The notes beneath the pieces are model-generated. The model had not been told where the DNA came from. It saw only the letters and a program-made list of their open reading frames with translations, and ran no database searches. Shown piece by piece: positions 1 through 8,621 of a stretch of 28,925 bases of DNA. The position numbers and the translations under genes were made by a program. The stretch lies in the NCBI GenBank assembly GCA_030636615.1, contig DAOVWP010000001.1, positions 1 to 28,925 of the forward strand, given 5' to 3'. This stretch comes from Candidatus Nanohaloarchaea archaeon. GTDB taxonomy: Archaea; EX4484-52; GLR71. How positions within the stretch are numbered: the first letter of the stretch is position 1; each line of letters begins with the position of its first letter.

Positions 1-53
1 AAGCAGAAATGAATCGTAAAAAGAAAATTTCAAGGAAAAAGTAGTGTCAAAGA

Positions 54-1157
54 TCAGGTGTGCAGCTCAATTATGTCTTTATCCATAATCCTGTGATCAA
101 GATTTTTCTGCTGGCCAGGGAATTTAGCTGATTTTCCCCAAATTTTTGCGAACTTGAAATCCTTGTTGAATGATCTGTTGAGCTTTTTACATACATCATG
201 TATGGTATTTCCTTTTCTCATTATGAGCGGATCACTCATATCAGCTTCTTTTCCGAGGGGTTTTGTATATATCCGGAGGTATCCTATCTTGTCAATTATC
301 TTGTCTTTAAGCATGTCAAGATTTTCTTCATTTCTTGCAGATATTGAAATTACATCTTCTTTTCGAAAATCCCTTAAAAGTGTCTCCTTCTGTGTTTCCG
401 ATATTGCATCAATCTTGTTGAGAACTACAAACATCTTCACATATATCCTGTTAGCGCGAATTACATCTATCAACTCATTATCATCAATGTTGTCATGTAT
501 TATAAGATCTGCGTTGCTTATCCTGTAACCTTTGAGGACAGATCTAATTGTATCACGAGTTATCTTTGTCAGGCGGACAGACGAGTTTATCATAATTCCA
601 CCCCTGTCTTTTTTTATTATCTTAACATTTGGTTTTGATACATTCATCCTGATACCTGAATCATATAATTCCTTTTTCATGTTTTTGAATTGATTTGTGT
701 CTTTTTTGGCATCAACTATTATCAGCAGGAGATCAGATATCCTTGCAACTGCAAGAACTTCCTTACCTCGTCCTTTTCCTGATGCTGCTCCAGTGACCAG
801 CCCGGGAACATCAAGTATCTGGAGATTTACATCACGATGAGCAAGCATGCCCGGAATGACATCAAGAGTAGTGAAATCATAGGCGGCTACTTCAGATTCA
901 GCGTTTGTAAGATAGTTAAGAAGTGTTGATTTACCGACAGACGGATAACCTACAAGGACAACAGTACCGTCACCGCTTTTTTTTACTGAGTAACCACCCC
1001 ATGAAGAACCAGTACCTTTCTTTTTCTGAGTAATTGTGTCTTCAATATTTGCAATCTTTGCTTTCAAAAGACCGAGGTGTCCCTGGGTTGCTTTGTTTGA
1101 TGGTGTCTTTGCCAGTTCTTCTTTCAATTTATCAAGTTTTTCATTATCGTGTTCCAT
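54..1157 (-). CDS. drg: DRG/Rbg1-family (OBG superfamily) GTPase with C-terminal TGS domain
   Basis: G1 GYPSVGKST, G2 YDFTT, G3 DVPG, G4 NKID; N-terminal HLGLLKAKIA and C-terminal IYTKP...IWGKSAKFPGQ typical of DRG proteins. Confidence 0.96.
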   Translation of the reverse strand: MEHDNEKLDKLKEELAKTPSNKATQGHLGLLKAKIANIEDTITQKKKGTGSSWGGYSVKKSGDGTVVLVGYPSVGKSTLLNYLTNAESEVAAYDFTTLDVIPGMLAHRDVNLQILDVPGLVTGAASGKGRGKEVLAVARISDLLLIIVDAKKDTNQFKNMKKELYDSGIRMNVSKPNVKIIKKDRGGIMINSSVRLTKITRDTIRSVLKGYRISNADLIIHDNIDDNELIDVIRANRIYVKMFVVLNKIDAISETQKETLLRDFRKEDVISISARNEENLDMLKDKIIDKIGYLRIYTKPLGKEADMSDPLIMRKGNTIHDVCKKLNRSFNKDFKFAKIWGKSAKFPGQQKNLDHRIMDKDIIELHT

Positions 1158-1248
1158 AAGACATCTGCAAGAGTATAATATATATTGTATAATATGTTGA
1201 CGAATTTTAAATGTGTTATCAGACCAGAAAGTTTAGTTTGGATATATA

Positions 1249-4131
1249 TCAGGCGTCACTTTTTTCATTTTCCTGCAATTTTGGCTGGGAACTGTCATCA
1301 GGTACTATACTTGTGGCAAGAATAACTATAAGAATCACAATAAATATTACCACTATAATAGTTATAAGAAGTCCTTTGGATGATGATTCGCCGTCGGTAT
1401 TGTCATTGTTGTCTGAATCAGTAATGTCACATTCTGACCCGACACATTCTGAGGTGTCTGGTGGCGGTGTGGGTCTTGGAGAGATAGGTTCAGGTCGGGG
1501 ATCCGGAACAATGCCTGAATGTATAGCATTATACACATCTTCATATTCCAGAACAAGCAGACTGTACTCAGATCTAAGATTCTGCATTTCATCTATTCCT
1601 GAATCAACATCTTTTGAGTAATTTATCAGCAAAGATTCCATGCGTTCCTTAAGCACTTTGATCTTTCTGGTAATATTTTCAACTGAATCATCGTTAGGCG
1701 GCAATGAGTCTGGGTCAAGTATAAGTATCTCTTCATAGAGAGAGTTAATGTCTGAGGAGAGATCAGTGAGATTGGTTTCAACGTCACCAACAACAGTTAT
1801 ATTGACAGGGATTCTTTGGCTTATAGATGTAGGAGCATAGCGATCAGTCATCTGGAACCAGAAACTTCCGCTTGTAGCAGTAGTAATATTACTGAAATTC
1901 AGGTTGTAATATGCATAATCTCCTGCAGAAACATTGGAATATGCTTCAATATGCATATGATCTCTCAAATCACCTTCTACCATTAAAACCGGGTCGGCAA
2001 TAGGCCTATCACCTGTGTTGTTTATAAGAATGATCTTAGTTATGCTTGTGATTCCTGTACTCAGAGAGATGTTCATTGGATCTGTCTGTATATATATTGT
2101 CGGCATTAGACGGACATGTATATTGAGCGGAATAATTAATGCAGTACCTGTTGCATATATTGTAAGGTTCAGTATGTATAGATTATTCCTTACTGCTTCA
2201 AGGGGCATCTTGCTGATGTCAAAGGTTATTGTCACCGGAGTCTGCGCATTATAATTAAGTGTGGTGACATCATAATCAACGCTTATGAAATTGGAGAAAT
2301 TTGTAAGGTTGCCGTCAATATTATAGTTTTCAAAGTTGCCTGTGAATGATGCATTGAAACCAGTTATCATTGATTTATCTTCTGCAATATTTGTAATAGT
2401 CAATACTGTAGCGGTTGTACTTATGTTATCTGCGTAGAGATCAGTATCCCCACTGACATTGATGTATTTGTTTGAAAATACCCTATAAAAATAAACATCT
2501 GTACTGGTATTGTATATATTATCATATTTATCTTCTCCAAATACCTCTACTGTATAATTCCCAATAGGGAATTCTGTCTGTGTGGCGAATGTAAATGTAT
2601 GAATCTGCCTGTCTGTGCTTGTAGCGTTTGTCCATACAGATCCATTTGGATAAAATATTGTAGCATTTATATTGCCGTGCAAGATTGTCGCATCTAATCC
2701 TGTGGAATTCTGGATATAAGAATCAAATGTCAAGGTATTGCCAAGAATCATTTCATACAAAGGAGTCATTTTGATACTGTATCCGATAAGCTCAAGTTCA
2801 TGTGTGTAGAGACCAACATATCCAGTTGAGTGGGTCACCTTTACATTCAGGGTTATATTTCCTGACCTGTTGTCTGAAAAGGTGTAGTTTATTTCTCTTG
2901 TGTCCTTATCAATCCTGTCAAGAGTTTCATTATAATTCTCTTCAGTGTAGCTGAGCCATGCAGATATGTTGGTAATTTCGCCGTAATACTGCTCAGTCGA
3001 TAAATTGATTGCAACCTGATCATTTACATGGAATGTCCTGTTCTCTGTCTCATTCCCGTCAAGCTTTATGTCCAGTGCAAAAGGGATGGACTTAAAAAAG
3101 TAGAATGATCCACCCACATAGAATTCTCCTCCATATTCTGATACTGCTTCCAATTCAATAATTCCGACCGGCGCTGATTCAGATACTGTATAGGTCAGCA
3201 GATACTGGTCATGCGTATCGGAATTATAATCTGAGTCATATGTCAACTCTTCTGCAATCATATCAGCCGAACCGGTAGGATCGCGCATTGTAAACTTCAC
3301 AGTTGAGTTGGTCATAGCCTGATCATTATATCTGATATCTGCAACAATATGGATTGTCTCACCTACTGTCTTGTTGAGATTAATATATGATAATGTGTTT
3401 TCAGTAATGGTGACATTGACTTTTCCAATAGTAACTGTACTGTTATATGTCCAGTTTTTCTGGGGACTAACTGCATCATATTTGTCAAGACAGCCGCCCA
3501 TGATTGAATAACTGGTATAGGTCATAGTTAATCTTTCATCAGAATCACACTTGAATGTCATCTTATTTGCTGAATATCCTGTCCACTGGATATGGGCTGT
3601 ATCTGATCCGGAAACACTTACTGAATTGTCGTCTGTCCTGGTTGTCCCTACAGAGCAAAGCTCTACCGGGTTAGATATTGCGCCGTCTATTACAATTGAT
3701 ACGCAGGCAGTCTGAGAATTATAATCAATGACTTTTATATTGTGCGCCAAATCATCTATGTTGCATATTTTTGACTCAGTCTTATACATAGATACATAGG
3801 TCGGATCCGCATCGTGAGTGAACTCTCTCAGAGCTAGATTTTTACAAAAATACGGAGAGTCATAAGAATCATTCAGATCAAGAACATCCTGAAGAGGGAT
3901 CATACTGGACCAATTTTCATAGCTATAATTTATGAAAAAAGAAGTAGAATCATCAATACAAGTAGTAATTGGGGATTTTTCACATATAATCACATTATTT
4001 CCTTCAGTAACATAATAGGGTATTATCATTGGATCCAGATCCTCTGTGTCTGCTGATACAGATTGTAGAACTATCAAAAACAGAAGACATATAATAACAA
4101 CTAACAGGCTTAACCTGTAGATACCCCTCAT
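1249..4131 (-). CDS. Large secreted, C-terminally membrane-anchored surface glycoprotein (960 aa)
   Basis: N-terminal Sec signal (MRGIYRLSLLVVIICLLFLIVLQSVSA), beta-rich body with many N-x-S/T sequons, helical segment, Pro-rich linker (PDPRPEPISPRPTPPP), acidic spacer and a C-terminal hydrophobic helix (GLLITIIVVIFIVILIVILA). Confidence 0.85.
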   Translation of the reverse strand: MRGIYRLSLLVVIICLLFLIVLQSVSADTEDLDPMIIPYYVTEGNNVIICEKSPITTCIDDSTSFFINYSYENWSSMIPLQDVLDLNDSYDSPYFCKNLALREFTHDADPTYVSMYKTESKICNIDDLAHNIKVIDYNSQTACVSIVIDGAISNPVELCSVGTTRTDDNSVSVSGSDTAHIQWTGYSANKMTFKCDSDERLTMTYTSYSIMGGCLDKYDAVSPQKNWTYNSTVTIGKVNVTITENTLSYINLNKTVGETIHIVADIRYNDQAMTNSTVKFTMRDPTGSADMIAEELTYDSDYNSDTHDQYLLTYTVSESAPVGIIELEAVSEYGGEFYVGGSFYFFKSIPFALDIKLDGNETENRTFHVNDQVAINLSTEQYYGEITNISAWLSYTEENYNETLDRIDKDTREINYTFSDNRSGNITLNVKVTHSTGYVGLYTHELELIGYSIKMTPLYEMILGNTLTFDSYIQNSTGLDATILHGNINATIFYPNGSVWTNATSTDRQIHTFTFATQTEFPIGNYTVEVFGEDKYDNIYNTSTDVYFYRVFSNKYINVSGDTDLYADNISTTATVLTITNIAEDKSMITGFNASFTGNFENYNIDGNLTNFSNFISVDYDVTTLNYNAQTPVTITFDISKMPLEAVRNNLYILNLTIYATGTALIIPLNIHVRLMPTIYIQTDPMNISLSTGITSITKIILINNTGDRPIADPVLMVEGDLRDHMHIEAYSNVSAGDYAYYNLNFSNITTATSGSFWFQMTDRYAPTSISQRIPVNITVVGDVETNLTDLSSDINSLYEEILILDPDSLPPNDDSVENITRKIKVLKERMESLLINYSKDVDSGIDEMQNLRSEYSLLVLEYEDVYNAIHSGIVPDPRPEPISPRPTPPPDTSECVGSECDITDSDNNDNTDGESSSKGLLITIIVVIFIVILIVILATSIVPDDSSQPKLQENEKSDA

Positions 4132-4154
4132 ACCTAAAATTATACCTTTGGCTG

Positions 4155-4171
4155 TATATATAGCTATTTCT
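4155..4171 (-). promoter_or_regulatory. Putative BRE + TATA box for the 960-aa surface protein gene
   Basis: Minus strand reads AGAAATAGC-TATATATA, ending 24 nt before the ATG at 4131. Same GAAA-N4-TATATATA layout as at 22322-22339. The distance suggests a near-leaderless transcript. Confidence 0.55.
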
Positions 4172-4209
4172 ATATGGTTATCCCTTTGTCTATATAACTA
4201 TTTATTTAA

Positions 4210-4815
4210 CTATTTCTTTGCCATTATGACAACAAGCTCTTCAAAATCAAGTTTTTTTGTTGATATGACTTTTGCGCAGAGTCCTTTATTTTTTAAATAT
4301 TCTATTGATTGTTGATATCCTGAAAGGGAAGATTCGAGAAACAGAAGGATACCTTTCTGGTTCAGATGATGTATTGATTCACTTAGGAAACGGCGTATCA
4401 CTTTTCTCCCATCAGGGCCGCCATCCCAGGCAGAGTTTATCGGGTTGTCTATGGTTTCTTCAGAAGACTGCGGGAGATATGGTGTGTTGAACAGAATTAT
4501 ATCAAAAGAGTCTTTTATGTCATTGAAGAGATCTGAGTTGATTATCCGGATGTTTTTTATCTTGTTGGATTCAATGTTGCGTTGCGTAAGTGTTACTGCA
4601 TGAGGGTTTATGTCTGAAGCTGTTACTTTTTTTGCGTATCTGGAAGCAATCAAAGAGAGAAGTCCTGTGCCGCAACCAATCTCAAGAACAGATCTGTTTT
4701 TGAATAGCGAAGAGTTTTTTATGATTGCATCTGCAAGAAGAAATGTGTCATCAGAGGGTTCATATACCTGATCGTCTGAGATTATGGTAAAACCATATAG
4801 TTTAAATTCGCTCAT
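4210..4815 (-). CDS. hemK: HemK2/MTQ2-family SAM-dependent protein (release factor Gln) methyltransferase
   Basis: VYEPSDDTFLLADA N-terminal motif, SAM-binding LEIGCGTG, FNTPYLP (NPPY-type) and WDGGPDGR motifs. Confidence 0.9.
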   Translation of the reverse strand: MSEFKLYGFTIISDDQVYEPSDDTFLLADAIIKNSSLFKNRSVLEIGCGTGLLSLIASRYAKKVTASDINPHAVTLTQRNIESNKIKNIRIINSDLFNDIKDSFDIILFNTPYLPQSSEETIDNPINSAWDGGPDGRKVIRRFLSESIHHLNQKGILLFLESSLSGYQQSIEYLKNKGLCAKVISTKKLDFEELVVIMAKK

Positions 4816-4825
4816 ATTAACCTGC

Positions 4826-5638
4826 TCAGTATCTTGCAGTCCGCTCTTCTACTACATTAAGTTTTTCTATGACAAGATTAAGTTTTTCCTTTATCTGTTG
4901 TATGTCCATCTTCAGAGAGACCAAATCATCTGCCGGAAGTGATAAGGAAAGTGGATCTGATGGGTTTTCATAAGTGTTTTGCGGCTGTGTCCTGGATGGG
5001 GGTCTCTCTAAGTCGGGCTGATTCTGCTGATTAATCTGAGGTTGCTGCGATTGTTGAGGTGCGGAAGTATTAAGTGGATCATTTGGATTGTTTATTGCTG
5101 CGCGGATGTTGTGTATTTCAAGACCTGTAGTGCCTTCCGGAGTTCCTGAAGGTGGTGTGGTTGTCTGTGACATCTGTTGATTCGCAAGTGGATCTGTCTG
5201 TTGGTTTGCCTGTGTATTGTTGTCAAAAGCAGGTGGAATAGGTAGCTGATTATCTAAAGGATTAAACTGGGATTGGGATTGATCCTGTTGCGGATTTACC
5301 GGTTGGGTGTTTTGTTGCGGCGCATATGATGATTGTTGTGTCTGTTGGCTTGGTTGTGTTGGGTTTGGTGGTGATGGAGGAAACGATTGCGATGAAGTTG
5401 ATTGCTGAAATGGCTGAGCAGGATCTGATGACCCCAGTGTTGAAGAAGATGATGCAAGGTTTGATGAAGAAAGCGGATCAGTATTTCTGCTTGCATCAAG
5501 GACTGATGCTGATCTGGAGGTTCCTGTTGTCGGATCACTTTTCAGCATGTTGTCAAGATCGTTGTCTGTGCTGAAATTATCATGTTTTGATGGTACATGA
5601 TCCTTAATCTTATCAGAGAGTTTTTCGAAAAATGACAT
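4826..5638 (-). CDS. Gln/Pro/Ser/Asn-rich intrinsically disordered protein with C-terminal coiled coil (about 270 aa)
   Basis: Long ORF co-oriented with and 10 nt upstream of hemK. ATG at 5638 preferred over TTG at 5647. N-terminal MSFFEKLSDKIK helix, low-complexity middle, C-terminal heptad segment LKMDIQQIKEKLNLVIEKLNVVEER. Confidence 0.8.
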   Translation of the reverse strand: MSFFEKLSDKIKDHVPSKHDNFSTDNDLDNMLKSDPTTGTSRSASVLDASRNTDPLSSSNLASSSSTLGSSDPAQPFQQSTSSQSFPPSPPNPTQPSQQTQQSSYAPQQNTQPVNPQQDQSQSQFNPLDNQLPIPPAFDNNTQANQQTDPLANQQMSQTTTPPSGTPEGTTGLEIHNIRAAINNPNDPLNTSAPQQSQQPQINQQNQPDLERPPSRTQPQNTYENPSDPLSLSLPADDLVSLKMDIQQIKEKLNLVIEKLNVVEERTARY

Positions 5639-5695
5639 ATTAAACAACTGCCTAAATTATTTTTTAGTTATAATTGTCTGTTGAGAAATATATAT

Positions 5696-5739
5696 ATCCT
5701 ATATAAATTATGTATAAATCCTATAAAGATCCTATAAAG
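5696..5739 (+). repeat. Short tandem repeat ATCCTATAAAG x2 plus variant ATCCTATATAAA in a divergent intergenic region
   Basis: Exact 11-mer at 5718-5728 and 5729-5739; variant at 5696-5707. Confidence 0.7.
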
Positions 5740-5776
5740 TAATGTATTTAAAGATAAATAAACTTAATTCAGGCAT

Positions 5777-5789
5777 AAAGGTTTATAGC
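5777..5789 (+). promoter_or_regulatory. Putative BRE/TATA box of the nucleotidyltransferase gene
   Basis: AAAGG-TTTATAGC about 30 nt upstream of the ATG at 5819. Confidence 0.4.
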
Positions 5790-5818
5790 ATAATTATAAT
5801 TTTGGATGGTTTTTGTAT

Positions 5819-7117
5819 ATGGGTAGTAAAAATAAATCTGTGGAAGATAATAAGAGTGTGAAAGTTGGAAAAAGCATAGAATCAAAAGAATCAAAGGCAC
5901 GCACATCACCGAAAAAAGAAAAAAAAGCAAGAAAAAGCATTAAAGATATCAGATCGGAGACCCAAAAAGAAAGATTTAAGCTTGCGCAGAAATTTGCCCA
6001 GGAAGTTCTAAAAGAATTTAAGAAATCATTAAAAGTCGTTGCAGTATATGGATCAACTGCAAAGGGAAAACACAAGAAGTCCAGTGATCTGGATGTTTTT
6101 GTCGTGATTGATGATACAAAGATAGACAAGGATGTCCCTGCAGAGGTAAAGGATAAGATACAGAGGGATCTTTACAAGATTGCAGCAGATGTTGACAGTA
6201 ATATTACAATCCAGTATTTCTTATTCCTTACAGAATTCTGGGAATCGCTAAGATCAGTACAGCCGATACTTATGCATGTGCTGAATGCAGGAATACCGGT
6301 CTATGATGTAGGAATATTCATGCCGGCAAAAAGAATGCTGCAGAGAGGACTTATACCTGCAACAAAGGAAGCAGTGTCAAAAAGACTGTATACTGCACCA
6401 CAGCTTCTTGAAATGGCAAGGGGCAGAATAACATCTGCGGCTCATTCACTTGAGCAGGCAATGGCATCGGCCGGACAGGCGCCTCTTATGCAGATTGGTA
6501 CTGTAGCTGTCGGAAAAGAAGAGATTTCAAAACATCTTCGTGAGAATTTCGTGAAAAAAGGACTTCTTGAAAAAAAATACGCAGACATGGCACATAAGAT
6601 TCATAAGTTTGCAAAAGAAGTTGAGAAGATTGAAAATGATGAGGAGAAATGCAAAGGTATAGGCGCACGGATGGATGAACATATTGAAATGACAAAAGAT
6701 TTCATCGAGAGGATGAAAAAACTTACGACAGAACTTGACAGTGACAGTAAAACAGATATTATCATGAAAACATACAAGACATTCCTTAAGGCAAATATTG
6801 GCGCACTTGAGCTTATCGGTGTGAACCCGCCGGAAGAGCTGAAAGATCTATCAAATGTCATGGGCACTAATTTCCCTGAGCTGAAAGATGATCAGAAAGA
6901 GTTGTTTGAGAGGATTGCGAAAGCTGTAGTGGTATCAAAGAACGGGAAGTCTGATATAATTCCTGAAGGGGAAGTTTACGGTATCAGAGAAGAAACCAGA
7001 AGATTCATATACAACCTTGGAAATAAGCTGAAAGAGTTGAAGAAAGACGGCAAGATAGAGCTGCCTGAGGACTTTGATGACGATGAATCCGGTTCAGACA
7101 AGAAGTCATATTCCTGA
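5819..7117 (+). CDS. Pol-beta-type minimal nucleotidyltransferase fused to HEPN-like helical domain(s) (about 432 aa)
   Basis: VAVYGSTAKG...SDLDVFVVIDD is the GS-x-DxD NTase motif, followed by all-helical region(s) with AxxxALxxxG-type HEPN-like segments. ATG at 5819 preferred over TTG at 5813. Confidence 0.85.
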   Translation: MGSKNKSVEDNKSVKVGKSIESKESKARTSPKKEKKARKSIKDIRSETQKERFKLAQKFAQEVLKEFKKSLKVVAVYGSTAKGKHKKSSDLDVFVVIDDTKIDKDVPAEVKDKIQRDLYKIAADVDSNITIQYFLFLTEFWESLRSVQPILMHVLNAGIPVYDVGIFMPAKRMLQRGLIPATKEAVSKRLYTAPQLLEMARGRITSAAHSLEQAMASAGQAPLMQIGTVAVGKEEISKHLRENFVKKGLLEKKYADMAHKIHKFAKEVEKIENDEEKCKGIGARMDEHIEMTKDFIERMKKLTTELDSDSKTDIIMKTYKTFLKANIGALELIGVNPPEELKDLSNVMGTNFPELKDDQKELFERIAKAVVVSKNGKSDIIPEGEVYGIREETRRFIYNLGNKLKELKKDGKIELPEDFDDDESGSDKKSYS

Positions 7118-7118
7118 G

Positions 7119-7156
7119 TTTTTTGTTTAATTTTATTTTTTGTTTAATCTTTTTTT
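7119..7156 (+). terminator. Oligo-T archaeal-type terminator region between convergent genes
   Basis: T-rich tract directly after the stop at 7117, containing TTTTTTGTTTAAT twice (7119-7131, 7136-7148). Confidence 0.55.
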
Positions 7157-7664
7157 ATTGTTCAGACCACAGTATAAAGTTCAGGTCTGTCTCTATCAGG
7201 TCATCTGAGTTGTTATAGAGTATAATGCGTGATTTTGAAACAATGTCTGTGGCATTGTCACCAACATGTTCACCTATAGAGTAAAAGGTATCTGATGAAT
7301 TGCTGATTGTCAGATTGTAATGATAAAGGTTTATCGCCCATAATGATTTAAGGGTGGATTGGTCTATAGCTGAAAGTGAGTCAAGTTTTCTATTGCTTAT
7401 ATATAAATCCTCATCAAGCAGACCTGGGAGTCTTACAGTTGATGCGTTCCATTCATTTGGATAACCTTTTGTTCTTACAAGAAGTTCTGTGATATACTCA
7501 GCTTTTTGCGAGAGATATTTGTAGTGCTGGAAATCTGTTGATTTTGATTCGATTGCGTTCCAGGTCATATAGGTCAGAGATATTATTGCGAAAAAAATAA
7601 TTGCACTTACCATGAAATCCGTCGAGAGAACCATACCTTTTTTCTTACAATATGCTGGATACAA
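7155..7664 (-). CDS. Prepilin-like protein with class III signal peptide (KKG/MVLSTDF type)
   Basis: KKKG followed by a hydrophobic helix with an acidic residue near +5/+6. TTG start preceded by GGAGGTG at 6 nt spacing; overlaps the upstream gene by 20 nt. Confidence 0.8.
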   Translation of the reverse strand: MYPAYCKKKGMVLSTDFMVSAIIFFAIISLTYMTWNAIESKSTDFQHYKYLSQKAEYITELLVRTKGYPNEWNASTVRLPGLLDEDLYISNRKLDSLSAIDQSTLKSLWAINLYHYNLTISNSSDTFYSIGEHVGDNATDIVSKSRIILYNNSDDLIETDLNFILWSEQ

Positions 7665-8058
7665 ATATTACACCTCCTATATTTGAGATTGTGTTTTTGC
7701 CTGCTGAGATTGTTCCATTAACATCTGAGCTGACAATTTCTGAAAATACTGTCCGATCATTCCATTCCACAAAAATAAGGTCTTCTTCAATAGTTATATT
7801 ATATAGATAATTCATAAGTGTATCCGGAAGAGTGAAATTTGCTGAAAACCCGTCAGATTCAGCAAAAGCAATATTGATTCGACAGGCAACTTTGTCGGAG
7901 ATATATTCAGCTTCCCTTGATTCTTTATATGCAATAAAATCCTGCTGGCTGGAAGACAGATTAAGATAGAATACAGTAAATATCGTAAAGATGAATATTA
8001 CAAGCATCATGAATTCTATTCCTACCTGAGCAGACCTGTTATTCATATCATTATTCAC
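7645..8058 (-). CDS. Prepilin-like protein with class III signal peptide (RSA/QVGIEF)
   Basis: Canonical archaeal [KR]-x-[GA]/Q-x-x-x-E motif, then a hydrophobic helix. GTG start with GGGTGA 6 nt upstream. Confidence 0.87.
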   Translation of the reverse strand: MNNDMNNRSAQVGIEFMMLVIFIFTIFTVFYLNLSSSQQDFIAYKESREAEYISDKVACRINIAFAESDGFSANFTLPDTLMNYLYNITIEEDLIFVEWNDRTVFSEIVSSDVNGTISAGKNTISNIGGVIFVSSIL

Positions 8059-8503
8059 TGATATTCACCCAAATTGATCCCTGCGAACTTACAGCTTTGA
8101 CAATTATCTTATGGAGACCTTCACTATTTGTAAGGTTACCGCTTATGTTAAAATCAACACCTTCAACAATTGAGTTGGTGATGTTTCCATGAGTAACATA
8201 GAAAATGATTTCCTGCTTATCTATGACAATTGAGTTGATATTAGATGGAAAATTTACTGAAACTGACATCTTTGAAGGCGGACCCTGGGCTTTTACAATC
8301 TTGCTTGCTTCAACTATAGTATTGAGTGAATTTGATACCTGGATGTTTCGGTTGGTCTCTGTAAGATTAGTTGTCTGGTCTGAGATAATAATATAGACTG
8401 GGAGAAGAAGAAGGATTGCTATAAGGACTATAAGTACAAACTCAATGGAGACCTGTCCATGGCGGATGTTTTGTTTTAAATAAATATTGGAAAAATATAT
8501 CAT
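8051..8503 (-). CDS. Prepilin-like protein with class III signal peptide (RHG/QVSIEF)
   Basis: GQVSIEF motif, hydrophobic helix, and a globular domain with a GPPSK...FP segment as seen in small archaeal pilins. Confidence 0.88.
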   Translation of the reverse strand: MIYFSNIYLKQNIRHGQVSIEFVLIVLIAILLLLPVYIIISDQTTNLTETNRNIQVSNSLNTIVEASKIVKAQGPPSKMSVSVNFPSNINSIVIDKQEIIFYVTHGNITNSIVEGVDFNISGNLTNSEGLHKIIVKAVSSQGSIWVNISE

Positions 8504-8621
8504 ATATTCTATTAATTTAACTAATCAGATATAAATAGAGTATATTGGTGTGGTATAATGTTATATGATGTGTTATATTGTTATTATTTAAATACCATTA
8601 TCAAAATAGATGTTATAGGTG

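Noticed and set aside
4470-4500. NTPY instead of NPPY in the methyltransferase as a sign of altered function
   Set aside because: A single substitution in an otherwise typical HemK2 motif set; as I recall, this variant occurs in other archaeal homologues.
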